DNA of 64,000 bases. It comes from a virus. Both the position numbers and the translations under genes were made by a program. The notes beneath the pieces were generated by a model that worked only from the letters and a program-made list of their open reading frames with translations, did no database searches and was not told where the DNA came from. Where the stretch lies: the IMG/VR virus record IMGVR_UViG_3300045988_004573, positions 1 through 64,000 of that record. One strand, given 5' to 3'. Every line of letters starts with the position of its first letter. Position 1 is the stretch's first letter. Shown one piece after another: positions 9,422 to 16,821 of the stretch.

Positions 9422-9874
9422 TTAGTAAGGTCTCAAATCACATAACTCAAATAGGTACTTATATTTCAGTATATTATGTATGAATGTCTCACACTCAGAC
9501 CTAATACCTGCATATAGTGTTCCCTCTGGGATATTCTCATAGAACTTAGTAGTTCCTGCTTTAACCTCATTGATGAAGTCCATAGCATTGAGAGCATCAC
9601 TAGGAGTACCCTTAATCACATTAGGTTGCATATGTCCAAGCAATCCCTGATACTCCTCTGCCAACCCATCCTGATAGTCTGATATAACATCTAGGAACTC
9701 ATCTAGGTAGACATGGATATTCTTCTTAGGAGCTGCCCAATGCAGGTTCTTACACTTAGTCTTCCAACCCTCCAGAAGGTTAATGAAGCTAATGAAGAAC
9801 TGACTAGGGTTCTCATCTTGAGAAGTCTTGAACATCTCATCCATTAGCTGATTATCTAGAAAAACACTATCCAT
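9422..9874 (-). CDS. hypothetical protein, weak Dps/ferritin-like helix pattern
   Basis: 150 aa; KNLHWAAPKKNIHVYLDEF...DGLAEEYQGLLG resembles the Dps helix A/B pattern; by eye only. Confidence 0.45.
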   Translation of the reverse strand: MDSVFLDNQLMDEMFKTSQDENPSQFFISFINLLEGWKTKCKNLHWAAPKKNIHVYLDEFLDVISDYQDGLAEEYQGLLGHMQPNVIKGTPSDALNAMDFINEVKAGTTKFYENIPEGTLYAGIRSECETFIHNILKYKYLFELCDLRPY

Positions 9875-9899
9875 TCCTCTTACTCTTGATTTGATACTG

Positions 9900-9907
9900 C
9901 AAAGTTA
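9900..9907 (-). promoter_or_regulatory. Bacteroidetes-type -7 box TAACTTTG
   Basis: plus CAAAGTTA within CTGCAAAGTTAAGCAAAAT, ~25 nt upstream of the 9874 start. Confidence 0.5.
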
Positions 9908-9960
9908 AGCAAAATATTTAACCTGTGCAAGTAAATTACATTATTTAACTAAAATATCTG

Positions 9961-10043
9961 TACTCTCTAAGGGACTCGAACCCTTACACCTCTCGGCACT
10001 AGAGCCTAAATCTAGCGTGTCTACCAAATTCCACCAAGAGAGC
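9961..10043 (-). tRNA. tRNA-Leu(UAG)
   Basis: acceptor GCTCTCT/AGAGAGT; anticodon loop UUUAGGC; long variable arm. Confidence 0.85.
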
Positions 10044-10051
10044 ATAAGCTC

Positions 10052-10651
10052 TTATAGAGAGCTATATTCTTTTGTAGCATCAAAACTAGGGCAAGCCTTA
10101 TTAGCAAAGTCCCTATGACCATGTATAGATGCTTGAGGGTACTTAGTCTTTAACTCCTTAAGTAACTTAACTAATGACTGCTTCTGCTCAGTAGTCCTAG
10201 TATCTTTAGGTGTCTTACCATCAGAAGCACATCCTCCTATATAGCATACTCCAATAGAGTTAGTATTATGACCAGTGCAGTGCGCACCTATAATAGACTC
10301 ATCTCTACCTATATGTATAGAACCATCTCTATATATTACATAATGGTAGCCTATATCAGAGAAACCTCTTTGAAGATGCCATTGTCTTATAGTATCTACA
10401 CTATAGTCTTTACCTTCTGGTGTAGCACTGCAATGCACTATCAACTCCTTTATATTCCTCTTATTCACTGAGAGATTGAGCTTAGATAAAGTATTAGCTC
10501 CAACAATACCATCCACTTCAAGACCATTAGACCTCTGGAAGTCTTTGACAGCTTCCTCAGTCAGAGGACCAAATATCCCATCTGCCTTTAGGTTCAGCTT
10601 CTCTTGAAGAGCCTTTACCTCATTACCTCTACTACCTAGTTTCAGTACCAT
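10052..10651 (-). CDS. endolysin: PG-binding domain + N-acetylmuramoyl-L-alanine amidase
   Basis: N-terminal GSRGNEVKALQ..DGIFGP.T..AV..FQ (PG_binding_1-like); C-terminal HCSATPEG, GYHYVI, GAHCTGHN, SIGVCYIGG (amidase_2-like). Confidence 0.85.
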   Translation of the reverse strand: MVLKLGSRGNEVKALQEKLNLKADGIFGPLTEEAVKDFQRSNGLEVDGIVGANTLSKLNLSVNKRNIKELIVHCSATPEGKDYSVDTIRQWHLQRGFSDIGYHYVIYRDGSIHIGRDESIIGAHCTGHNTNSIGVCYIGGCASDGKTPKDTRTTEQKQSLVKLLKELKTKYPQASIHGHRDFANKACPSFDATKEYSSL

Positions 10652-10666
10652 ACCTTAATATATTAG

Positions 10667-10741
10667 TGGACATTCATAGAATCGAACTATGTTCTAGGGT
10701 TTTTCAGACCCTCGCAATGTAACCATACCTGCCCAATGTCC
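10667..10741 (-). tRNA. tRNA-Phe(GAA)
   Basis: acceptor GGACATT/AATGTCC; anticodon loop CUGAAAA. Confidence 0.85.
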
Positions 10742-10808
10742 ATATAGCTTATTCTAGTCTCTACCCTAGTCACCACTCATAAGCTAAGAGCAATCCTTTC
10801 TATTGAAG

Positions 10809-10889
10809 TGGGAAGTAAAGGAGTCGAACCTATTCAACCAGAGGTGTCAGATTTACAGTCTGAGGCTATCACCGTGTAGCACACTTCCC
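10809..10889 (-). tRNA. tRNA-Tyr(GUA)
   Basis: acceptor GGGAAGT/ACTTCCC; anticodon loop CUGUAAA; long variable arm. Confidence 0.85.
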
Positions 10890-11069
10890 ATAATTAGTTA
10901 TTATAGTTCCTCATTCAGCAAAAGGGTTATTCCTTGATAATAGGAATACACCCTGTAGGAGTCCAATAGTAACTAGTAGCACTTCTTTCTATATACCACT
11001 TTACTTCTCTTTTCACTAAATTAAGAACTCTTCTCATAACATATAAAATTTGAAGTTAAACATGTTATG

Positions 11070-11142
11070 TTCCCCCACTAGGAGTCGAACCTAGCTCTCA
11101 GGATTAAAAGTCCAGAGCATCCACCATCAATGCTTTGAGGGA
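11070..11142 (-). tRNA. tRNA-Lys(UUU)
   Basis: acceptor TCCCTCA/TGGGGGA; anticodon loop CUUUUAA. Confidence 0.85.
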
Positions 11143-11211
11143 GTGAAGCAGGGTCTTTTATAGAGGTTTCATCTTATTCCTAGGAAAGATTTTACCCTGC
11201 ATACCCTCTAG

Positions 11212-11285
11212 TGCCTCCACAAGGACTTGAACCTTGAGTCCCCTGTTTAAGAGACAGGTGCTTTAACCAATTCAGCTATAGAGGC
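11212..11285 (-). tRNA. tRNA-Lys(CUU)
   Basis: acceptor GCCTCTA/TGGAGGC; anticodon loop CUCUUAA. Confidence 0.85.
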
Positions 11286-11293
11286 TTATATAG

Positions 11294-11368
11294 ACTTGGA
11301 GGTGGGATTTGAACCCACGAATCACCAGTTTTGCAGACTGTGCCCTTAAACCACTCAGGTACTCCAAG
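11294..11368 (-). tRNA. tRNA-Cys(GCA)
   Basis: acceptor CTTGGAG/CTCCAAG; anticodon loop CUGCAAA; slightly irregular variable region. Confidence 0.7.
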
Positions 11369-11369
11369 A

Positions 11370-11774
11370 TTATATCTTAATCAATCCCGCATGAATCTCT
11401 CTATGGCAATTGGCGCAAACCAATATACACTTATCTATTTCTGGTTTGAGAGATTCAAATGACTTAGTCCCTCCACTAATAGTAAAGTCTTTCTCTTGTG
11501 GGTTCAAATGATGAAACTCAAGAGCATTCATACATTTGTTATATCCACATATCTGACATCTACCACCCTTGTACTCTATAAGCCTCTGTTTTACAATACT
11601 TCTATACCTTGAAGTATCTCTTACAGGCTTTATTTGTCTATTAGGTCTTTTCTTAAAAACTATAAACTTTTTTAGAGCTTCATAGGATATATGAAGAGTT
11701 TTCGCTACAACTTTTATATTACCTACTTTGTCATATAGCTTCTGAGCTTCTACTTTTCTATCTTCACTTATCAT
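11370..11774 (-). CDS. HNH homing endonuclease with N-terminal HTH (start trimmed to MISEDRK...)
   Basis: CQICGY..., LEFHHLNPQEKD, CANCHREIH; the first 42 codons of track ORF 11370..11900 overlap two tRNA genes, so the ATG at 11774 is preferred. Confidence 0.8.
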   Translation of the reverse strand: MISEDRKVEAQKLYDKVGNIKVVAKTLHISYEALKKFIVFKKRPNRQIKPVRDTSRYRSIVKQRLIEYKGGRCQICGYNKCMNALEFHHLNPQEKDFTISGGTKSFESLKPEIDKCILVCANCHREIHAGLIKI

Positions 11775-11776
11775 AG

Positions 11777-11853
11777 TACTGGCAGAGGGGATTGAACCCA
11801 CATGCAACCTATTACCCTTTCTACTGTGTATAAGACAGAGGGGATATGCCAGT
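11777..11853 (-). tRNA. atypical tRNA-like gene (no recognisable D-arm; anticodon-like loop CUUAUAC = UAU)
   Basis: perfect 7-bp acceptor ACTGGCA/TGCCAGT and T-arm GTGGG-TTCAATC-CCCTC; the interior folds as one long bulged arm capped by CUUAUAC. Confidence 0.4.
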
Positions 11854-11860
11854 ATATTGG

Positions 11861-11935
11861 GGTGTCTGATGGGACTTGAACCCACACTACTTGGAGCCAC
11901 AATCCAAGGCTCTAGACCAATTAAGCTACAGACAC
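11861..11935 (-). tRNA. tRNA-His(GUG)
   Basis: acceptor GTGTCTG/CAGACAC; discriminator C; anticodon loop UUGUGGC. Confidence 0.85.
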
Positions 11936-11937
11936 AG

Positions 11938-12009
11938 TTCTGATGAGTGGACTCGAACCACTAGCTACTGCCTTATGAGAGCAGCTTTCTACCATTGAAA
12001 TACATCAGA
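11938..12009 (-). tRNA. tRNA-Met or Ile2 (CAU), elongator-type
   Basis: acceptor TCTGATG/CATCAGA; anticodon loop CUCAUAA. Confidence 0.8.
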
Positions 12010-12015
12010 ATATAG

Positions 12016-12087
12016 TTGGCATACATGGAATTGAACCATGATTACTACCTTATCAGAGTAGCTTCCTAACCATTAGAAGATATGCCA
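12016..12087 (-). tRNA. tRNA-Ile(GAU)
   Basis: acceptor TGGCATA/TATGCCA; anticodon loop CUGAUAA. Confidence 0.85.
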
Positions 12088-12096
12088 ATACTCTTG

Positions 12097-12167
12097 CATA
12101 CTCTTAAAGACTCGAACTCTAACCAATGGTTTTGGAGACCATTATGCTACCATTACACCAAGAGTAC
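12097..12167 (-). tRNA. tRNA-Trp(CCA)
   Basis: acceptor GTACTCT/AGAGTAT; anticodon loop CUCCAAA. Confidence 0.85.
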
Positions 12168-12176
12168 ATTCTATTG

Positions 12177-12248
12177 CGGGACCTGTAAGACTCGAACTTA
12201 CATCTGAGGGTTAACAGCCCACTGTTCTGACCTTTGAACTAAAGACCC
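12177..12248 (-). tRNA. tRNA-Asn(GUU)
   Basis: acceptor GGGTCTT/AGGTCCC (one mismatch); anticodon loop CUGUUAA. Confidence 0.8.
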
Positions 12249-12256
12249 AATAATTG

Positions 12257-12330
12257 TTGCTCCTGTAGGAATTGAACCTACGACCTTTTCCTTGTAAGGG
12301 AACTATTCTTAACCACTGAACTAAGGAGCA
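12257..12330 (-). tRNA. tRNA-Val(UAC)
   Basis: acceptor TGCTCCT/AGGAGCA; anticodon loop CUUACAA. Confidence 0.85.
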
Positions 12331-12423
12331 ATGTAGGCTCTCACTGTGGAGAGCCTTTCTACACTAAGAAAAGTGTAGGTGTCCTAACAAACGCTCTAAC
12401 ACTATGAAACACGGAAACTAATG

Positions 12424-12497
12424 TGGAGAATGAGGGACTTGAACCCTGAACTCCTCCTTGCAAGGGAGGTGTGTTAGCCAATTACACCACAAACCCC
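12424..12497 (-). tRNA. tRNA-Ala(UGC)
   Basis: anticodon arm CCTCC-CUUGCAA-GGAGG; G3-U70 pair present; two U-U mismatches in the acceptor stem. Confidence 0.75.
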
Positions 12498-12502
12498 ATT
12501 AG

Positions 12503-12575
12503 TAGAGTAGACAAGACTCGAACTTGCAATATCTGCATCCCAAATGCAGGAGGTTAACCATTACCCAACTACTCT
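12503..12575 (-). tRNA. tRNA-Pro(UGG)
   Basis: acceptor AGAGTAG/CTACTCT; anticodon loop UUUGGGA. Confidence 0.85.
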
Positions 12576-12581
12576 ATATAG

Positions 12582-12668
12582 CGGAGAGCTATGTACTCGA
12601 AACATATACCCATTATAGGTACAATCTGCTTAGCAGGCAGTCCCTAGAACCCTCTAGGTTAACTCTCC
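12582..12668 (-). tRNA. tRNA-Ser(GCU)
   Basis: acceptor GGAGAGT/GCTCTCC; anticodon loop CUGCUAA; long variable arm; unusual U53-A61. Confidence 0.8.
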
Positions 12669-12856
12669 TTCTTCACATACAAGCTACAATGACACTCATC
12701 ATTCTCTCTATAATCTGAGCAAGGACAATGCTTATCAGTACCTGTATTATGACATGGACACTCACCACCATTTAACTCTACTCTCTTCAAGATAGCATTA
12801 ACCACCTTATCATTAGGGTTAAGCATCCAGCTTTCTTTCCTTAATATCTGTATCAT
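12659..12856 (-). CDS. ferredoxin-thioredoxin-reductase catalytic-chain-like mini-protein
   Basis: 65 aa with CPC-x8-CPC-x8-CHC cysteine pattern (FTR beta-chain-like); embedded between two tRNA-Ser genes. Confidence 0.55.
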   Translation of the reverse strand: MIQILRKESWMLNPNDKVVNAILKRVELNGGECPCHNTGTDKHCPCSDYRENDECHCSLYVKKES

Positions 12857-12858
12857 AG

Positions 12859-12950
12859 AGGAGGATGTCAGACTCGAACTGACACACCACTGTTACATGA
12901 TTACTAGTAGTTTTCAAGACTACTGCCTTACCAATTAGGCTTAATCCTCC
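12859..12950 (-). tRNA. tRNA-Ser(UGA)
   Basis: acceptor GGAGGAT/ATCCTCC; anticodon arm GTAGT-CUUGAAA-ACTAC; long variable arm. Confidence 0.85.
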
Positions 12951-13002
12951 ATTTGCCTACCTACCGCTGTAGGATAGGACTTTGGTTCTGTTATAAGTGT
13001 GC

Positions 13003-13073
13003 AGACTATGAGGGAATTGAACCCTAACCTTCACATTGACAGTGTGATATGCAAACCATTACACTACATAGCC
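13003..13073 (-). tRNA. tRNA-Asp(GUC)
   Basis: acceptor GGCTATG/CATAGTC; anticodon loop CUGUCAA; ends +/-1 nt. Confidence 0.8.
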
Positions 13074-13080
13074 TATATAG

Positions 13081-13152
13081 TAGAGTCACTGGGAATTGAA
13101 CCCAGATTTCTGCCTTGAGAGGGCAGTTGCCTAACCTTTAGTAGATGACTCC
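13081..13152 (-). tRNA. tRNA-Glu(CUC)
   Basis: acceptor GGAGTCA/TGACTCT; anticodon loop CUCUCAA. Confidence 0.8.
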
Positions 13153-13158
13153 ATTTAG

Positions 13159-13230
13159 TAGGGAAGTAAGGACTTGAACCTTATCCTCAGCCTTGAAAGA
13201 GCTACGACCTAACCTATAGTCTACATCCCC
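13159..13230 (-). tRNA. tRNA-Glu(UUC)
   Basis: acceptor GGGGATG/CTTCCCT (one mismatch); anticodon loop CUUUCAA. Confidence 0.8.
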
Positions 13231-13239
13231 ATCTCTTAG

Positions 13240-13311
13240 TACCCCCTGAGGGAATCGAACCCCCATTAAAGGCTTAGAAGACCCTTGCATTATCCATTAT
13301 ACTAAGAGGGC
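13240..13311 (-). tRNA. tRNA-Arg(UCU)
   Basis: acceptor GCCCTCT/AGGGGGT; anticodon loop CUUCUAA. Confidence 0.85.
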
Positions 13312-13319
13312 ATTCCTAG

Positions 13320-13391
13320 TTGGGACTAGAGGACTCGAACCTCTGCTATAAGAGCCAAAATCTCATGTGACTACCACTACACCAAGTCCCA
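13320..13391 (-). tRNA. tRNA-Gln(UUG)
   Basis: acceptor TGGGACT/AGTCCCA; anticodon loop UUUUGGC. Confidence 0.85.
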
Positions 13392-13406
13392 TTCTGAATT
13401 ACTCTG

Positions 13407-13414
13407 CAAAGGTA
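13407..13414 (-). promoter_or_regulatory. Bacteroidetes-type -7 box TACCTTTG heading the tRNA array
   Basis: plus CAAAGGTA inside CTGCAAAGGTAAGCAAAAT, 16 nt upstream of the first tRNA (Gln). Confidence 0.55.
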
Positions 13415-13492
13415 AGCAAAATTTTTGAATCTACCAAATTTTACTGTAAGAAATTTAGTTATTAGAGTCCAGAAGAGTATTAAGTAAGTAGC

Positions 13493-13903
13493 TTAAGTGT
13501 TGATACCCATTAGTTTATCTGCCCACTTCTCAGTATAGAAGTGTGAGTAGCCACTCTCTTCATCACATCCTATATAGTCATTAAGCCAAGCATGGAGTAT
13601 AGATGGCACTCCTATTACTATAAGGTATAGAGGACCTAACATCTTAGATTGCTTTACATGACCACACTCATGTTTGATAGTCATGCCTTGGTCTCTATAA
13701 GTCTGACTAATGAACACATACTTACCTAGTGTTACAGCACCTCCAGCCTTTATCAGATAAGCCTTAGCACCTACTGACTCTATATCATCATTACTTATCT
13801 CTGTAATGATGCTATCCTTCTTGATGTTCTTCCATAACACACCTAATAGATTCTGTGGTAATTGCCATATCCAATCAGATACTATTCTACCTATATTCTT
13901 CAT
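13493..13903 (-). CDS. HExxH zinc-metallopeptidase-like protein
   Basis: 136 aa with IKHECGHVKQ (HExxH). Confidence 0.55.
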   Translation of the reverse strand: MKNIGRIVSDWIWQLPQNLLGVLWKNIKKDSIITEISNDDIESVGAKAYLIKAGGAVTLGKYVFISQTYRDQGMTIKHECGHVKQSKMLGPLYLIVIGVPSILHAWLNDYIGCDEESGYSHFYTEKWADKLMGINT

Positions 13904-14185
13904 ACCTTAATTATTAAGCATAGTATATCCCTAGCCTGTGTTGCCAAGCTTGTTTATATTAGTTCTGCACTTCGTTGGACCCGTTCTTGGTTATACCCCT
14001 TAAAGCATATTTACCTGTACCTTTTCCCAGTAGTATTGGTTATGCTAATCCAACTTATAATAGAACACTTTGTACCAGTATTGGGGACACCTCATTCATA
14101 TATTAGAACTACTACCCAACTTCTGCTCCATTACTTGATTACCTCATGGAGGATAGAGACATACTACCTATCTCTCTGGTAGGTG

Positions 14186-14193
14186 CAAAGGTA
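14186..14193 (-). promoter_or_regulatory. Bacteroidetes-type -7 box TACCTTTG
   Basis: plus CAAAGGTA inside GTGCAAAGGTAAGTATAAT; ~280 nt upstream of the 13903 start with no convincing ORF between. Confidence 0.45.
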
Positions 14194-14436
14194 AGTATAA
14201 TATCTGATATAACCAAATATCTTAAGAAAGTTTAACTATACACTATGGTCTAGGTTGAAAATTTTTTAATTTTTTAATTTTTGAGGTACTTCATTGGTGT
14301 GAGGGGAGTATAATATACTCACACCTCCCCTGCCTCTGGCTTGTTGGGGCTTGTCCCCCGTGGGTTGAAATGATACATACTCACATCAGCCAAGATAGTG
14401 ATAACTTATGTTTAACAATCAAATTACCAAATCATT

Positions 14437-14706
14437 ATGAACAGAACAGATTTAGAGTTTCTGCTTGCATTTGCAGACATTGAAGGCTTAATGAATAAGC
14501 CAGTGACAGAAGTCATCAACCTAGCTACTAAGGCTATCAATGCTAGCACCTTAGATGGTGAAATGGCATCTGCTGATGACTACATTGAGTGCTATCTCTA
14601 TCATTACAGATTGATGAAGGAGTATCATCTGGATGCTGAGGTTAAGACCTTAGTCAGATATGGAGGATATGACTTCTTCATGGCTTGTATAGATTGGGAC
14701 ATCTAG
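14437..14706 (+). CDS. hypothetical early protein
   Basis: 89-aa ORF, first rightward gene after the strand switch. Confidence 0.5.
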   Translation: MNRTDLEFLLAFADIEGLMNKPVTEVINLATKAINASTLDGEMASADDYIECYLYHYRLMKEYHLDAEVKTLVRYGGYDFFMACIDWDI

Positions 14707-14770
14707 TGACTAACTCATTTATGCAGGGTGAGGGGACTAACTCTCACCTTGCCTTTGATAACATTCCTAT

Positions 14771-14953
14771 ATGAAGAAGAATACTGTCATTGCAGTATTG
14801 GTACTGGTAGTGCTGATACTTGCAGGTGTTACTCTCTACCAAAGTGAGAGACTGAGTGCTGCCAAGGCTTATATCTATGACCTTGAGACAGACTATCCTA
14901 AGTACATTGATACCACTTCTGGAGGTGATGCTTACTCAGAGTGGTATAACTAA
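14771..14953 (+). CDS. small membrane protein
   Basis: 60 aa; N-terminal TM helix VIAVLVLVVLILAGVTLY. Confidence 0.45.
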   Translation: MKKNTVIAVLVLVVLILAGVTLYQSERLSAAKAYIYDLETDYPKYIDTTSGGDAYSEWYN

Positions 14954-15018
14954 CTCTTTCCTTATAACTGAATAATTAACTTAGAACCTTATGGTGTATA
15001 GGTCAACCGTGTCATATT

Positions 15019-15300
15019 ATGAACTTGTTTTCTAATCTTAAGGTGTATGGTGGTAAGTGGTCTGAGAAGTCATCTCGGAAGTTCTCTCAGGAAGAGCTTG
15101 CTCTTGTAGACAAGGCTCAGGTAGTTGAGAGTCAGTATGGCTCATCATGCTGCTTCTTTATGAAGAATGGTACTACCATGTATGTACCTATGTCTCAGGA
15201 TGCTAAGTCTGAGGTAGGTGACATGGTAGACCTATCTTCTGCTGAGATTGTCACCCTTGAGAAGCAGGGTGAGAAGGACATTCAGCGCATCAGAGGCTAA
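15019..15300 (+). CDS. hypothetical protein, paralog A of a tandem pair
   Basis: 93 aa, same length and a clear majority of residues shared with 15671..15952, while many shared residues use different codons. Confidence 0.6.
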   Translation: MNLFSNLKVYGGKWSEKSSRKFSQEELALVDKAQVVESQYGSSCCFFMKNGTTMYVPMSQDAKSEVGDMVDLSSAEIVTLEKQGEKDIQRIRG

Positions 15301-15317
15301 TAGTCCTCAGACCTCAT

Positions 15318-15354
15318 AGGAGAGTGGGAGTAATCCTACTCTCCTTTATTTTTT
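15318..15354 (+). terminator. rho-independent terminator
   Basis: stem AGGAGAGT/ACTCTCCT followed by TTTATTTTTT. Confidence 0.7.
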
Positions 15355-15360
15355 GATATG

Positions 15361-15620
15361 GATAGTAAACAACAACATACAACTAACAAGCTATTATATC
15401 ATCTAGACAGTGACTAACTATGAGACAACAACATATGATTATATAGAAGAGGCACTAACTCCTCCCTTGATACTAGCTATACTATTTATTAGCTGACAGT
15501 AGAAGTAATAGTAGTAACTAACAACAACAAGATATGATATATTCAAGAGTATCTTTAGAGCAAGGTCACTAACTCCCCCCTTGCCCTTGCCTTGCATAGC
15601 TAATGCTAATAGTAATAGTT
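15361..15620. repeat. imperfect direct repeats in the inter-paralog spacer
   Basis: repeated ACAACAACA-TATGAT-TATAT ... CACTAACTCC-CCCTTG ... TAGCTA units at about 15424-15490 and 15515-15610. Confidence 0.5.
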
Positions 15621-15670
15621 GTGCATGTGTACAAATAACATTTATCAAATAACATTTAACATTTAGCACT

Positions 15671-15952
15671 ATGAATCTGTTTTCTAGTCTGAAAGTGTAT
15701 GGAGGCAAATGGGCTGAAAAGTCTTCCAGAAAGTTCTCACAAGAGGAACTTGCACTTGTAACAAAAGCCCAAGTGGTTGAATCTCAGTATGGAAACTCTT
15801 GCTGTTTCTTCATGGCAAATGGTACAACTATGTATGTGCCAATGAGCAATGATGCAAAGAGTGAAGTAGGTGACATCATTGACCTCAAAGAGGCAGAGAT
15901 AGTTACCTTGGAGAAGAGTGGTGAAAAAGACATCCAGAGAATCCGAGGATAG
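15671..15952 (+). CDS. hypothetical protein, paralog B of a tandem pair
   Basis: 93 aa; see 15019..15300. Confidence 0.6.
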   Translation: MNLFSSLKVYGGKWAEKSSRKFSQEELALVTKAQVVESQYGNSCCFFMANGTTMYVPMSNDAKSEVGDIIDLKEAEIVTLEKSGEKDIQRIRG

Positions 15953-15960
15953 TCTTAGTG

Positions 15961-16000
15961 AAAGAGTATGTATCACACATTGTGGTACATAACTCTTTTT
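15961..16000 (+). terminator. rho-independent terminator
   Basis: stem AAAGAGTATGTA/TACATAACTCTTT followed by a T-run. Confidence 0.6.
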
Positions 16001-16098
16001 ACTGTTTTACAAGAACAACAAAGTAGAGTGGCTTATATAGTCACCCTACTTTGCTTGTTATTTTTCAAACCAGTTATTCACTAAAAAGAGTTAAAATT

Positions 16099-16383
16099 AT
16101 GAGATACCTACTATCAGTACTACTATTTGTATGTGCCTTCTCTTGTGTACAAGCTCAAGACTATAAACAAGAAGGTACAACATTTGTACAAACCACAAGC
16201 AAGAGCAACAGTAGTAAAGCTACTAAGACTGAGTACACATGGGAGAAAGATGGTGTCAAATACCCAATCTATATCTCATCTAAAGGTAAAGCTTATATTA
16301 TCAGAACATCAAAGAAAACTGGCAAGGAGTATAAGCAATATCTGCCAGACACAGTAGCAGAAACAATCAAAAAGAAGAAGTAA
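16099..16383 (+). CDS. secreted protein or lipoprotein (start trimmed to MRYLLSVLLFVCAFSC...)
   Basis: signal peptide with lipobox-like FSC; the track start at 16051 is a TTG upstream of a better ATG. Confidence 0.55.
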   Translation: MRYLLSVLLFVCAFSCVQAQDYKQEGTTFVQTTSKSNSSKATKTEYTWEKDGVKYPIYISSKGKAYIIRTSKKTGKEYKQYLPDTVAETIKKKK

Positions 16384-16481
16384 TGACACTAGGGGAATGG
16401 TTAGGTATAGTCCTATGTACTGCACTTATAATAGGTGCAGTATGGGACATATCTACAGGATATAGCTCTAAAAACAAATAG
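16383..16481 (+). CDS. possible 32-aa membrane micro-protein
   Basis: TAATG overlap with the upstream stop; MTLGEWLGIVLCTALIIGAVWDISTGYSSKNK; below the ORF-track size cutoff. Confidence 0.3.
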   Translation: MTLGEWLGIVLCTALIIGAVWDISTGYSSKNK

Positions 16482-16819
16482 CACTATTATTATTAGGCAG
16501 TTTTACCTCAAGATAGATAGGAACAATAGGACTCACCTAAATGAAAGTCCGCTGTTGAGTGAAAGATTGATGTGAAGGTTAGATGAGTAGGCTCATGGAG
16601 TTGAAAGCAAGTACCGAGGGACTGGGGATCAAGTAGACAATACGCAGTGCATTAGTAGAAAGGAGGCTCTATCAGCAAGGGTACTAATTCTGATGAGTGT
16701 AAAGAGTATGAGGTTTCTATTAAGGAGATGATACTATCAGCCTGACTTATATGGTATCTACTAAACTCTCTGAATATCTTAAAGTACTGGAGGTCACTAG
16801 CTTTAATAAGTACAGTGCT
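16481..16819 (+). ncRNA. candidate ~340-nt structured RNA with an RNase P RNA-like P4 pairing
   Basis: ORF-free; closing helices 16480-16495/16804-16819 and 16505-16515/16775-16794; GAAAGTCCGCTG (16543-16554) can pair with CAGCCTGACTT (16738-16748) followed by AT, resembling CR-I/CR-V. Confidence 0.3.
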
Positions 16820-16821
16820 TA

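Noticed and set aside
12335-12378. Two adjacent hairpins (AGGCTCTC/GAGAGCCT and CTACACT/AGTGTAG) in the tRNA array, considered as a terminator.
   Set aside because: On the transcribed (minus) strand no U-run follows either stem. They are more likely processing or spacer structure, and there is not enough support to call a terminator.
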